Source: Takakia lepidozioides
Taxonomy: Eukaryota; Plantae; Bryophyta
Assembly: GCA_030704615.1 (NCBI GenBank)
Contig: CM060732.1
Span: 8,494,001-8,558,000 of the forward strand
DNA length: 64,000 nt
Reading direction: 5' to 3'
The position numbers and the translations under genes were made by a program. Of this stretch, positions 51,276-64,000 are shown in pieces (position 1 is the first letter of the stretch; the number at the start of each line of letters is the position of its first letter). Under the pieces are notes generated by a model. That model had not been told where the DNA came from, ran no database searches, and saw nothing but the letters and a program-made list of their open reading frames with translations.

Positions 51276-52293
51276 GGGTGAAGCATATCTGAAGCATTGT
51301 GTGGGGTGGGCAAAAGAGGTTAAGCCAAAAATGCATTCATTCAAAGATGCAGAGTGGAAAAAATTACCACTCGGGCTGAGAGGCTTATTACAATGGGCAC
51401 AACCACCCAGACACCAAAAGTCCAGACAAGCTTAACCGAGATAGAGGGAGAAGAGGAATGAAACGGGGTGAGGCAAGGGAAGGAAAGAGAGCAAAAGACA
51501 GAACGGAGCAATGAAAAACACAGAAAGAACAGGGTGAAAATTGAAACTGTCTTAAGTTTTGAGTCCCCAGCACATCGGTAACTCCAATTGACATCGCCCT
51601 CATCACCATCAGCTGGCGAGTGCCCAAGCTGGGGGATAGTGTCTTTCAAATGAAAGCATGAGTATGAGGAGCCGAGGTCGCCACCCTAACCCCTGGAGAG
51701 ATCAAAGGTTTGGAGAAGTTGGAGATGCTTGGATCACTGAGAAGCCAGAGCCAACAACCCTCCCCTCAGTCATTAGATCAAACTGGATAAACTGGATAAC
51801 ACTGATTTAATATTGTGGGGTTTACCCTCAAAAACCCCAGGAACATATGGATTTGAGGTGGGATGGGTGTAGAAAGATGTAAATATGCGGCATTTGGGCC
51901 ATTTTGGTTAGGTGTGTGTGTTTGCTGAGAAATCTGTGAATTTGCATTTTGGTAGATTGGCTGGCACCTGGGGTAAAATAGTAGGGTTGATCCAGTGCTG
52001 AAGAAGTTTTGTTCAGTTAATGGCCTTTGAAGAGAACAATGCCACATCATCCTTGCAAAGCAATCTGCCTGGAGCAATCTGCTGGAGACTGTGTCCCCCA
52101 GCAGTTCATTCATTGAGAGAGAGGAATCTGTGTTGAGTGGCAGAAAATTGTAGAAGATAGAGGCCACAAGATCCTTTTTCTAGAATGGTTAGCATAGATT
52201 AGATTAAGTTTAGTATGTAGAAAAGGTAGACAAAGGGTAGTTATCTGAAACTACTTTCCCTGTCCTTGTGTTTTAACTCTCCTGTCTTTCAAG

Positions 52294-52321
52294 TACGGCA
52301 AACAACGTCTTATGAGTACAA
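52294..52321 (+). mobile_element. 28-bp extreme 5'-truncated LINE insertion with a 16-bp TSD
   Basis: TCTCCTGTCTTTCAAG (52278-52293) + TACGGCAAACAACGTCTTATGAGTACAA + TCTCCTGTCTTTCAAG (52322-52337). Confidence 0.9.
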
Positions 52322-53246
52322 TCTCCTGTCTTTCAAGCGCGCAGAAGAAAACATCAGATTCCCCCCATAAGTAAGCCCCACAGAGAAGTGTTGATGGAAA
52401 CAATCGTGCTTTTAACAATCGTGCTTTTTGTCATGCTTCCGCCTGTGTGCCATGCCTCAGGGTGTAATTTCAGCTACTCCCATAGGATATGGCCACTCAC
52501 TTTAACAAGTAGCACATTGCATCTCAACATATCTGCAATCCGAATCCAAAACTCTCTACCTTCCACAATCACATGAAGGCCCAATTAAAAATTTCTAACA
52601 ATTAAAAACTGTACACCAACACAGAGGCAGATCCATCAACCCTGTCAATGGCAAAAACAATGCAAGAAAAGTTTTGACCTTTCGGCTCCTTAAATATGGC
52701 TGCATATCATCTCATCTCAAGCGAGCCATGTCTGCAACATGAAACTACAGAGTAGCACTATTGGGCTCCCTATTTTTACCTTCACTATCTAAGGCAAGTT
52801 ATTTGCTACAACCACTTATGGCTCAAAGAGTTACTGTTCAAACCTAGAATATTTACCAAAACCTGCTCCCTTCAATGTAGGAATTTTGTAAACCGGACAC
52901 CAAAACTGTAATGGCTATAACTTAGATGCAGTCAAGCTGAGGAACAGATGAATAAGGTTACTGCTGAAATGGATAATATAGAAGTGGCACAAGAATGGGT
53001 GCCACAGCATGCCTTGGAGGATGATCTGGAAAGTGTATGTGGTCACTAGATCAGGCCACAACACACATGACTCTTGGGTATCCAATCAAAACTCTAGTGG
53101 CAATCCTGCCATGCCACAGCCTACGAGGAGGTAGGCTGTGGAAAAGATATTCATTGAGAGGGCCAGAGGGGAGGCGCCAATGACCCTGGAACGGAAGGGA
53201 GGCTCAAGAGGATTCGGAGGGTCACAGGAGCAATCCTTCCAATGGT

Positions 53247-53853
53247 TTACAAAATTATTTCCTCGTGTACACTTTGAGTGATAGTTTTATGGGGAAGCAC
53301 AATGCAATTCACCACAACCACCTCATCCTCCACGGCCACATCTTCCCCTGGAATTAAAGGACCCCACCAATGTAGTCATAATTAGTACGTTTTTTCAAAG
53401 TGGAGCGCTTTCCAGGTGAACATAGACGAAGTGCCAGCTTGAATGGAAAAGAAAGAAGGGAGGCAGGGAGGAAAGAAAAACAGGAACATGAGGAGATTGC
53501 TTTTTTAGCTGGAGACACTAGGGAGAGCAATGTACTTATACACCATTTCCCAAGAATGTTGCCTACGACATATCCTAGAACAGTCCCCACAGGATGAACC
53601 TTCCCAGAGCCATTTAAGGGGCAACTCAACAACTTCATCTCTCTCTACTTTCTTTCTAGAGATCAAGTACCATGAAGCCAATACATGCAAAGAAGACAGT
53701 CCAAAGGGCACCAAAAATGCTTACCAAGAATGGCAATACCTAACTTGGCATTGTAATCCCCTCCTCCCTGCATCATCCCCACATAACATTGCCACGAAAT
53801 TTAGCACAGTTTCCACTGGAGTACTAGAAATAAGAAAGATTCCAAATTCTCAC

Positions 53854-53887
<34 letters not shown>

Positions 53888-56800
53888 TTGACAGAGAAGA
53901 ACCGGGGAACTGCCGTGGCATCACGCTCCTCAATGCTGTTGGCAAGACATTCTGCAGAGTTATAAGTACTCGTCTCGAGGTTGATCTGGAGTCTAGAGGT
54001 TGTTTCCACGAAGGCCAAGCTGGCTTTCGGCGAAACAGGGGCTGTGTGGATCATATCTTCACTCTAAGCCAGATTATCCAGGGAAGGAAAAAAGAAGGGA
54101 AACCCACTTATGTTTTTTTCCTGGATGTCAAAAAGGCTTATGACACAGTGTGGAGAGATGGCCTATGGTTCCGCCTCTGGTCTTGTGGGATCAAGGGAAA
54201 GATGTGGAGAGTTGTCCACAACTTGTATGCTCACACCAAAAGCTGTGTCACTGTTAACGGACAGAAGTCCAACTTCTTTGACATAGACCAAGGTGTAGCT
54301 CAAGGATGTACTCTCTCCCCTCTGCTCTTCAATCTTTCATCAATAAACTCCTCGAGGATGTGGAAAGTGAGGGATTTGGGTTAAGGGTGGGTGATACCAC
54401 CATACCAGCCCTTATGTTTGCGGATGACTTCGCAGGCATAGGGGAGACTCCAACCAATCTCCAGGAGTTGATTGATTGCGCGAAGAGATACTTTGATCTT
54501 TGGGGGCTAGAGGCTAATGTCAGCAAATGTGCAGTGGTAGCATTCAACGACAGAGGAGAGGGAGGAAGTGATCTTAAGTGGCAGTGGGGTAGCCAAGAGA
54601 TCCCGGTCCTCCCTTCCTACACTTACCTGGGCGTTGAGTTTTCCTCCAATTGTAATTGGGATGCACATATCCGGAAAGTTGTTCAAACTGGCAAGGGCAA
54701 AGCTCTGGGGCTCACTAAATTTTTCCACTGCAGAGGGGTCAACTCTGAGGTTAAAAAAACCATGCTTTGTCGCGTTATTAGACCTGCCTTGGAGTACGGA
54801 TCTGCTATATGGGTTGATAACTCCAACCAGGCTAAGTCTCTAGAATCCATTCAAGTGGGGGTGCTTAAGGAGTGTATGTCAGAATGCTCCAAAACAGCCA
54901 ATGTGGCTGTTCGGGGTGAGTTTGGCATTCTGTCCTTAAGATCCCGACGAGATGAATTCAAGGTCAGATGGTGGGGTCAGCTGCAACATATGCCCAACAC
55001 CAGATATCCTAAGTTAATCGACTCTATATCTTGGAAACAGGACCGCCCTGTCAAACAGGCTAAGTCCTGGCAGAAGAGAGTAGAAGAGATTCTCAAGGAC
55101 CTGGACCCGCGAGCCTTGACCCTGCTGGATAAATCTGACTTAGAGGCTGTAGTGTCCTCAGCCATGTCTGTTGCCATGAGATTGTCTGATGAAAATGAAG
55201 TTAGGCAGAAAACTTCCCTGAACTTGTTTCCAGTCAGTGACATGGGGGAGGACATCTTGGATGACCTCAAGGGTCTACCCACTCTCGGCACTAGACTGAA
55301 ATTTAAACTCAGGGCAGGAAGCCTACCTTTGAACAGCAAACAGAAGCAGAGAGGAAAGGGAGAGTGCAATTGCCTGCTGTGTGGGCAATCTGAAGACAGT
55401 ATTCACTTTCTGATACACTGTCCGGGGTTCTGTCACCAAAGAGACGCTCTCTTCAACTCTATCAAGGGAATTGTGCCTGTTCCCCTGTTTAACAATTTTG
55501 AAAGTCTCAAGGCTGAGCCAAAAGCCAAGGCCCTCCTGAGGCCTAGTTTTTGGGCAAATCACACACAGCAGATTGATGCTTGTGTGAAGGGATTTCTAGA
55601 GGATATCTGGAAAACCCGGATTAATTCTATATATGGTGGTAAGTCACACTACCAACGTCAGCCCCTGACAGAGGTAGGTTCTGTCCCTTTTGTTCCCGCT
55701 CAAACTGGGCACGGGGTCAATGCCCACAAGGCTACGGCAAACAACGTCTTATGAGTACAATCTCTCCCTTTGCTGGATTGGTTTTCTAGATTACTAGGGT
55801 CTCATCAATCTTGTTGATGCCCTGAAAAAATCCATGGAGTGTTGCTATTTAATGACACCTACAAGGATTGTAAACTATTTTTCCTTGCTGGATGTCTGTT
55901 AAAATGGGTAGATCTCCTAGAGTTGGATGATTATGTTTGAAACCTTTTGATTCAGGTTGCCATTTGATGTCCTAGTTCCAAAGGTTCATGCACTTTACTA
56001 TAGTGCTAAACAGGTGGCATTCCAAGGGTGTGCCATAACAGCATAGACGGCTTGTTATAGCTTTCCTTTATTTTGGCAGCTCCATTTTGGGGCAGATGCT
56101 AAGCTCTTATTATAATTGCAGAGCTGTACCTCTCTCTTGCAATTAATATCCTTGGCCACTTGGCTTCCCCTACTACACACACCTATTAACTAGAATGAGG
56201 GAGAGGAGCGCTTAACCTTCAGTATAAAAAGGGTCGTGGTCTTCACTCTTAGCCACCTTCTGCAGGTGAAGTGGCTGTGCAGGAAGGGGGACCGCCTGTT
56301 GGTATCATGGCACACTTCAAGGTTCTCTCCCTACCTTTCCAGTTTTGTCTTTGATGAGATGCCTTGCCATTGCACGCATTCTCACCCTCTGAAGTTGATG
56401 TGCTTTGAAGAATAGACATCATTTTGAGCTTCCATCTCTGAGATGATGTTCCTTAGAGGCCTTCTTCTCTATCCTGCCTGTAGATAAGCTTGGTTGAAGT
56501 GGAAATCCATAACAAGTGGGCTGAGCTTAAGAAGCCTACCATTCTACAACAGTCACCAAATTGTTGGTTGTGTGGGTGCTTGTGATGGGACCAGATGAGG
56601 TTCCAGCCCTTTCTTTTAGGCGTTACTCCTCTACAGGCTCGCAGAAGAGACTTCAAAAGGCTAATTCTTTGCCTCTTTGCTGGGTTTTTTATTGTCCTCA
56701 GTATGTGCTGCTTTTTGATGGACTTAGGAGTTTCAGTAGGTCTCATCACACCCCTCACAGGCTGTGGTGGCTGTCGTCAATCGACATTTCTATTTTATGG

Positions 56801-59800
56801 TCCTTTGGCTAAATCTGAAGTACAACTCTATCAAATGTGTATTGTTATGCATCTACTACTCCTTAAGGTGTCACAAAGGTGCAAGGTATCTACTGACCTG
56901 TACTTTGTGCCCTTCTAGATTGGTAGTTCTCTTCTAGACATAAAGTGATGGCTCTCTCTCTCTCTCTCTCTCTCTCTCCGTCCTCTAGGAAGCCTATTGC
57001 CATTGGGTGGACTTGATACGGGAGTACATTAATGTCTCTGTGACTAAATGCCGGCCTTATGACCTCGTGTCTTTGTTTGTTTCGACCTGAAGTGCTTTGC
57101 TCCAGGTAAGGTAGTGCATTGGATTTAGTTGGAAAGCTTGGGGCCTTTCCCTCTTTAGAATATGCCTACACGGGCCATTCCCTGCAACTCCCTGGAGTGT
57201 GATCTCTGAATGGTAACAAGCGGACCCCTACTGCTTGGGGGCAGCCCCTCCGCCCAAATTGGGCAGTTGTATGCTCTGTCTAGCATACTCGGCACTTGGG
57301 CTAGGGTTGGTCCTCTTCATTATGGAATTTTTGTATGCGCCACTTCCGAATCGAACGTTTCACAGATCTCTTGGTGTTGGGAAAACACCTTTTGATCTCA
57401 GTCCAAACCAGGAAGTGGTCAGAGGTACCAATATCAGTTCTGTCGATCAACACATTGGCACTCTGGGGAAACAAATTTTTGTCCATTATGATATAATCCA
57501 CAATGGAACGTTCCCCAGTTTGGGCTTTCTCACGAGTCCACTGCACTTGGTCACCTTTTGCCCTATTGTTCAAGGCCAGAAGCTGAAGCTCTTCCAGACA
57601 GTTAATTAACCGTCTGCCATTAGAGTTCAGCTCGTCCTCACCAAAAGGCCCAATGATATCATCCTGATGGAGACCTTTACCCACCCGGGCATTGAAGTCA
57701 CCCAATAAAATCACCTGACCTTTGGCAAGGAACGAAGCACAGTCTAGCTTTACATCTTCGAAGGCTTTGTCTGCGTCAGCACTAAGGGTCCCCTCTGTGG
57801 GCATGTAAACACAACCCACAAAGAGGTCCTTCGTACTCATGCCGCCCTTCAGTTTCAGCTTTAGCCAGATACTATGCTCGTACCTCAAACCCTTGTTGAT
57901 AATTTCACAATTGTCAAACAAGAAATCACGGACAAAGAATCCAACCCCTTTTTGACCGCGTTTGGCAGAGGCTGCCTTGAGAGTACACATCCTGCCCATT
58001 TATAACCAATGACATCTCCAACCAGTTTATCCGACGTTTCCCAAGTTTCTTGCCCAGCACAGATATGAATATCATTAGTCCGAAGAACTTGTCCCACTTC
58101 GAGTTGTTTCCTTTGGTTAGTCGGCCCTGAGAAGTTGAAAGTGGCCAGCCGCAAGCCAGCCCTTTGCATGTGAATTGTTTGTCGTCTAGGTAGCTTAAGA
58201 TTGCTCCTGGATGGCCAACCGTTCTGCAAATGGGGGACAGTTACCCCGTGTGTAGATTTTGCTCGTCTTGTGTAAACTTTGAGAATTGGTAAACCATTCA
58301 GAGTACCAAATCCTTCAGTTACACGACGTTCAGACTCCGCACACTTAGGGACAAGTTGTCCGTCTGACTTCTTAGTGACAATTACCCCATGTATAGATTT
58401 TGCACGTCTTGTGTAAACTTTGAGGATTGGTAAACCGTTCAGAGTACCAAATCCTTCAGATACACGACATTCAGATTCCGTACACTTATGGGCAGATTGT
58501 CTGTCAGGCTGCTTGGATTCAACCTCGTCCAGAGCATCAAACCGATTAGAAACTCTCAAGTTGAAGTCCCTGCCCTTGGTTGGCTTCCTAGAGCGCCCCA
58601 TTGAATCACCAATGTCTAAAACCGCCCTCCAGCCAGTCAAGGGACGAACTTCTTTGAGATTGAGTTGATGTGAGACTCTATTAGAAGCATTTTTGGGCAT
58701 TGCAACCTTCAAAGTACCCCTGTTATCAAGTCTCGAGATGGAGCCATTGGCCATGAAATCCAAGCCTAAGCTAGAGCATGTAGTTTTAAAGGACACAGCG
58801 TCCATCCTGGGATTCACCCCAAAAACTACACATGAAGCCCTAGATTTGGCATAAGTAACCAATTCCCAGGAATCACCCTGGGGAGTGTTGCTGTTGACAG
58901 TAGGTAATCTAATGATTGTTTTCGTAGCTGAGTATGTCCAGGCCTTGCAAGAGGCTCTTCCTCATTTTGTCCATTCGCTCCAAGACCTTCAGTCTTGCGC
59001 AGACAATGCAAGAAATGAAGTCGAAAGAGCAGTGGATTCTTGGGAGAGTTTCGTCTCCTTTGCAGCTGACAAGATCATTGGGAGGAAAAAATTTTCACTG
59101 CAGAGGGATTAACTCTGAGGTCAAGAAAACCTTACTTTGCCGCGTTATTAGACCTGCCTTGGAACATATCCACATTGGAGGAGAGAGAGTGAGAGAGAAT
59201 GTACTCATAAGACGTTGTTTGCCGTAGCCTTGTGGCCATTGACCCCGCGCCCAGTTTGAGCAGAAACCAAAGGGACAGAACCTACCTCCGTCAGGGGCTG
59301 ACATTGGTAGTAAGACTTACCTTTATAAATAGAATTAATTTGGGTTTTCCAGATATCCTCTAGAAATCCCTTCACACAAGCATCAAATCTGCTGTGTGTG
59401 ATTTGCCCAAAAACTAGGCCTCAGAAGGGCCTGGGCTTTTGGCTCAGCCTCGAGACTTTCAAAGTTGGTAAACAGAGGTACAGGCACAATTCTCTTGATA
59501 GATTGGAGGAGAGCTTCTCTCTGGTGAGAGTACCCCGGACAGTGAATCAGAAAATGAATATTGTCTTCGGGTTGCCCACACAACGGGCAATTGCACTCTC
59601 CCTTTCCTCTCTGCTTCTGTTTACTGTTCAAAGGTAGGCTTCCTGCCCTGAGTTTAAATTTCAGTCTGGTGCCGAGAGTGGGTAGACCCTTGAGGTCATC
59701 CATGATATCCTCCCCCATGTCACAGACTGGAAACAGGTTCAGGGAAGTTTTCTGCCTAACTTCATTTGCATCAGACAATTTTCTGGTAACAGACATGGCT

Positions 59801-62800
59801 TTGGACACTACAGTCTCTAAGTCAGATTTATCCAGCAAGGTCAAGACTTGCGGGTCCAGATTCAGATCCTTGAGAATCTCTTCTACTCTCTTCTGCCAGG
59901 ACTTAGCCTGTTTGACAGGGCGGTCCTGTTTCCAAGATATAGAGTCGATTAACTTAGGGTATCTGGTGTTGGACATGTGTTGCAACTGACCCCACCATCT
60001 GACCTTGAATCATCTCGTCGGGAGCTTAAGGAAGGGATGCCAAACTCACCCCGAACAGCCACATTGGCTGTTTTGGAGCATGCTGACATGCACTCCTTAA
60101 GCACCCCCACTTGAATGGATTCTAGAGACTTAGCCTGGTTGGAGTTATCAACCCATATAGCAGATATATGGTTAGTAAGCTTGGCCACTTTTCTCATTTG
60201 AAGAGGAGCAGGCAAAAGCTGAAGGAGCTGACTAAACTATGGCTACAAGTAAGGTATCCATTCAGACTCCTTCAACACTGTGATGGGCTGCTTAGTATGG
60301 CAACACACAGGGTCCTTGCTTGAGTACTTGGTCTTCCTTTTTGGGAATAGGTGCTTGTTGTCATGCTTACGTACATGGATAGATTAAGCTCTACTCTGAT
60401 TCTCTGAATACTTTTGCAAACCAAAGACCTCTATGTGTCCCCTTGCTTGAGTACTTGGCTCTAGTGACACATTCCTTTCAGGAATGGGTGCTTGCTGACA
60501 TGAGACCGCCCCCCTCCCTCTGGAGCATGGGCTGAAATAGGTGCTACTGATTTCTGTACCTACTGAAATGGCTGAAAGGACCTCCCCTACCTCTCCTCTC
60601 TTTGCTAGTATGACCTGTTGCAGGGATGACATTGATAACAAATGTGAAGGGGTTTAAGCCTGGGGGTCCACAGGGATCACTAACCTGTTGGTTGGTTGGT
60701 TGGTTGGCTGTGATGGATCCAGGTGATGCCACTTCACCTTCTTTTGTTGCAGGAAATGCTACTAAGGGCAAGAGACTAAGGGAGTGAGGCTTTGAGCTCT
60801 CTCAAACCTCAAATCTGTTTGTATATGTTGATTGTACACATACTACTGCTGTTTTTGCTCTGTTTGGTTTGATGGATCTATGAGCTTGCAACACAGCACA
60901 ATGTATTTAGTGTTTCCTTGTCTAGCTTTGACATGCTATGTAACACTCTCTCCCTCTCGCCTACCGCTTGAAAATCTCGAGGCTAGGCCACAAGCCCAGG
61001 CCCTTTTCGGGTCTAGTTATTGGGTAAATCACACACAGCAGATTGATGTTTGTGTGTGACGGGATTTCTAGAGTATATCTGGAAACCTCAGATTACAATT
61101 TTCTCTGTGACTGGTAGTGCAAATACAGCCACATGTCACAGCTTTGTTGGCATAAGTGGACAACATAGTGTTGGTAGTATCAACACCATGCATTCTCGGG
61201 TAATGCTAATGCCATCTTCAATCACTCCTCCATCCCCTTTTCAGGGTAGTAGTTCACTGAGCATTGCAGGACACCCCAAATTGAATGTAAATTTTCATAC
61301 CTGGTGGGTGACGCTACCTCCTGGCCTTTTTCCGTGATCCGCTGTAGGGTTTTTATTGGGTGGTTGATGCTTCCGGAACTGGTCTCCAAGATCTCATCAT
61401 AGCTAACAGTCCATTTGGGACTCCCTACTCCATGAATATAAAGATTACGCTGCAATAGATATCTCAAAAATTTGGACTGGACCTGCTATTTGGACTTGCT
61501 CTTGCTAAAGCAAACGTAACTTATGGTGTCACTTCACCCTGAAGGACTACTGGAAGGTGGACACCTTTATGACATCCAACAGACTTATGTGGTTTTGAAC
61601 GGAAAACCACTAGGAACTCGTATTATGCCCGAACCACTGGGCTATCTATTGAATGTGTCTCTTGTATCATTATATACAACGAATTCATTGTCTTTAAAAA
61701 TGGTCCTCTTTCTACCAGCCCCTAAGCCTCAAACTGCTGGCGCAGCAAGAGATATACTGAATGATGTGTTAAGCAAGCTTGCCTGGACACGGGCCCATCT
61801 TCCAATTGAAGACTTCCATCCAACTATTGAGTGCATCACAACTGCATTCTCCTGCAACATATTGGTCCATCATGCAAATTCCAAATACTGAAATGTCAGA
61901 GCTGTGTTAAATGTTGTTAAGATTATTCCCACATTCGCATCTTGATGCCATGAAGGTGAAGAATTGCCTTTCAGTAGGAATCAGTCAATCAGGTGTTTGA
62001 TGGAGAACAGCTTCTAGATTGGCAGTATCTCTCCGTCATAAGGAGCCATTAGATGTGCCAACTTGGGTGCCAATATAAATTGTAATGGGCATTCCAGGCC
62101 CTAATCAAACTTAATCTAAATTCTAATCTTGGGTCCTCAAGATTATACAAACGAAATGACTGTATCAGAAATACGTGCACTTCTTTTAGGGGAGTATATG
62201 TACTATACAGTCCAAGTATTTAAATATTGTGTGTTTCATGTCTTGATGTTAAATCAATGTTAGTACTCAAAAGTGCATTCTGCAAGTCTTCTACAAGGAT
62301 AGATACAGATTTACCAACTCAGGTGTCACATAACCAAAAAGAGGACCCACCATCACTTCAACTCCATCGAGAATAATGCACCCTATTAGCCGAACTCCAG
62401 GGCCAATACGTGCATTTGCGGAGATTGATACATTGGGCCCGAGCTGGAAACCCCCAAACAAAGCGACCATTCTCAGTACATACAACCAAACCTGCTGTTT
62501 TATAAATTTCCTTACCATTTCCAATCACTTTATGCTCTTATGACAACAAACTGCGAAAAGATGACCCATGCTTAATTCAATAATGTGTTGAAGTGGAGCA
62601 TTAAGACCTTACCTTGGCTGTTGCATGAACTTTAGCAGATCGATGGATGAAGACATCCCCTACAATTGTTGGCAATTTCTTTCCATCTGCAGTTGCTAAG
62701 AGCTCAGGTGTGGTCCACTGGTACTGCGATAAGTACAGAGATGAGCACCGCAGCGACATCCTGCCACCCAGCCCTCCTAGTGAAGGCAATTACTTTTTTG

Positions 62801-63949
62801 GAATTTACTTTACTGTTAGATTCCATGCACAGTAGTATTTCCAGAAGATAACTGTCACAAGAAATGCTTGCATTATGCCCAGTGGTTTAAGGTTGAGACA
62901 TATGCCATAGATGAGGAAAGGAGTTGCCAGCATTAGCCCTGCAGTGAAGAAGAGGGTAACACATGTACTGAAAACCCATCCCACTGTCATACCTACCCAG
63001 GAGTTTTGATTTGTTCCCAAAACTCAGTAGTCTCAAAAGTGAAAAGCTTCTTCTTGCCCGCCAGCGGTGTGAGGATGTCCTGATCTAGCCTCACAAAATC
63101 TGTTGGTGTTCTGCACCAATGCCACATCAAATATGTTATTTAAAACTCTCTCTCCCTCTCTATACCCTACCATGTCCCTGCACCTCTGTTCACCAACGTT
63201 CAAAATCTTGAGACTGAGCCTAAAGCCCTGGCCCTCTTGGGTCTGATTGCTGGGCAGCTCACACACAGCTAGTTGATGCTTGTGTGAAGGGCTTTCGTGA
63301 AGATATCTGGAAAACCCGAACTAATTGTCTTTATCAAGGTAAGTCACAATACCAGAGTGAGCCCCTCACAAAGGTAGTTTCTACTCCCTTTTGTTCCGCC
63401 CACACTGGGCACAGGTCTATGGCCACAAGGCTACGGCAAACGATGTCTTATGAATACATTCTATACCCTACCATGAAACCCTGGTGGGTGCAAACCCCAC
63501 AAAAGGCTCCGGAGGGTTAGTTCCCCCCGGGGCCAGTCCCAAGGCTGTGGCAAGCCAACATTCGTGGGTCTTATGAGTACATTCTATACTCTACCACTGT
63601 TCTGCTGGGAGCGGGATCTATGGCCACAAGGCTATGCAAACAACATCTTAAGAGTACATTGTATACCCTACCCCTTTCTGACGTCCCTGCAACGTTCGCA
63701 CATGCATTTGCATCTCTCCTGCATAATCCTCCCTTCTTTCTCACTTTATGTCGATATTAACAAGCATTTTCAAGTAAAACCCAGCCTTGCCTTGGCCACC
63801 ATAGACGGTTATTGCATGGGGAAGATATGAGATCCAGGACATAATCGCGTCAATGAATAGCCTCTACCTTGTGGCAAACCCCATAAAGTGAAGCACTTAC
63901 TTGGCAGTAAAATAAAGAGCCTCAAAGCTGGACACACGCCGGAGGGTGG
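53247..63949 (-). CDS. GMPPA: Mannose-1-phosphate guanylyltransferase alpha-like (GMPPA / KONJAC type), 3' part; exons 63949-63901, 63110-62997, 62760-62613, 62443-62351, 61851-61783, 53767-53725, 53347-53247; 5' exons lie beyond the window
   Basis: TLRRVSSFEAL; DFVRLDQDILTPLAGKKKLFTFETTEFWEQIKTPG; MSLRCSSLYL...GDVFIHRSAKVH; LGPNVSISANARIGPGVRL; ENAVVMHSIVGWKSSIGRWARVQ; GGGDYNAKLGIAILG; EDVAVEDEVVVVNCIVLPHKTITQSVHEEIIL*. Exon phases are consistent. Confidence 0.96.
53891..55760 (+). mobile_element. 5'-truncated RTE/RTEX-like LINE (RT plus C-terminal Cys/His finger), one frameshift at ~54335
   Basis: NCRGITLL, QAGFRRNRGC, FLDVKKAYD, GVAQGCTLSPLLF, MFADD, YTYLGV, CLLC...HFLIHC. TSD TCTCTCCCTTTG at 53879-53890 and 55761-55772. 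Confidence 0.96.
56980..60170. mobile_element. Originally full-length copy of the same LINE, now with two inversions (~57311-58918 and 59165-60170) and deletion of the RT core
   Basis: APE endonuclease on the minus strand (ATFNFSG, QETW, GVGFFV, LLGDFNARVG, IVDYI, SDHFLV). Its continuation (AEYVQAL...IIGRK) is on plus at 58925. Plus piece 59090-59164 and minus piece 60165-59199 are consecutive in the intact copy at 54718-55760. 19-bp TC-rich TSD at 56961-56979 and, inverted, at 59180-59198. Confidence 0.85.
60965..61068 (+). mobile_element. Short diverged fragment of the same LINE
   Basis: Aligns to 55498-55617, downstream of CTCTCTCCCTCTC. Confidence 0.7.
63159..63672 (+). mobile_element. 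Three serial retroposon 3'-end insertions at one target inside a GMPPA intron
   Basis: Target TCTATACCCTACCATG at 63159 and 63460, with variants at 63583 and 63660. Each insert ends TCTTA(T/A)GA(G/A)TACAT. Confidence 0.85.
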
Positions 63950-64000
63950 CTGGCAGGCAAAAAACAACACCAGAAAGCAAGAGTTAACGCAAACCTTGGC

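Noticed and set aside
51560-51615. Segment loosely resembling the GMPPA GDYNAKLG exon
   Set aside because: The true exon is at 53725-53767 and the gene stops at 53247.
53530-53890. N-terminal extension of the LINE RT ORF
   Set aside because: It lies outside the TSD and is mostly the antisense of a GMPPA exon and its flanking introns.
55780-56900. Possible very old L1-like remnants (also 51780-52180 and 61200-61700)
   Set aside because: Only vague similarity and no intact diagnostic motif; needs a profile search.
1-64000. tRNA, rRNA or other structured RNA genes
   Set aside because: No recognisable cloverleaf, rRNA or snRNA signature seen by eye; a tRNAscan/Infernal run would be needed to exclude them.

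Overview
Eukaryotic, intron-rich, repeat-rich land-plant DNA. A non-seed plant such as a bryophyte is my inference from gene and TE content, not proven. The right half has two intact host genes on the minus strand. One is an 18-exon ER HSP90 (endoplasmin/GRP94/SHEPHERD, signal peptide, C-terminal KDEL, 35110-43764) with a perfect plant ERSE upstream. The other is the 3' seven exons of a GDP-mannose pyrophosphorylase alpha-like gene (GMPPA/KONJAC type, 53247 to beyond 63949), whose 8-kb GC-AG intron carries RTE/RTEX-like LINE copies that target TC-rich sites. Between them lie a decayed IS3EU-type transposase, a piggyBac-like MITE and a PPR fragment. The left half (1-34 kb) is a nest of decayed mobile DNA: ~1-kb tandem arrays, DNA-element ends with dense palindromic subterminal repeats, a protein-kinase fragment, a MULE transposase exon plus a Ulp1/C48 protease pseudogene, a Ty3/gypsy integrase and a non-autonomous CACTA element. 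The best candidate for an undescribed system is at 26-32.5 kb. It is a spliced, bacterial-type beta-class DNA amino-methyltransferase (N6A/N4C) pseudogene next to a ParB/Srx-fold (DGNHR) fragment, two orphan genes and a shared 22-bp palindrome. I interpret this as a mobile element carrying a phage-like ParB-MTase module, possibly split here by an inversion. All domain calls are by motif recognition; no searches were run.
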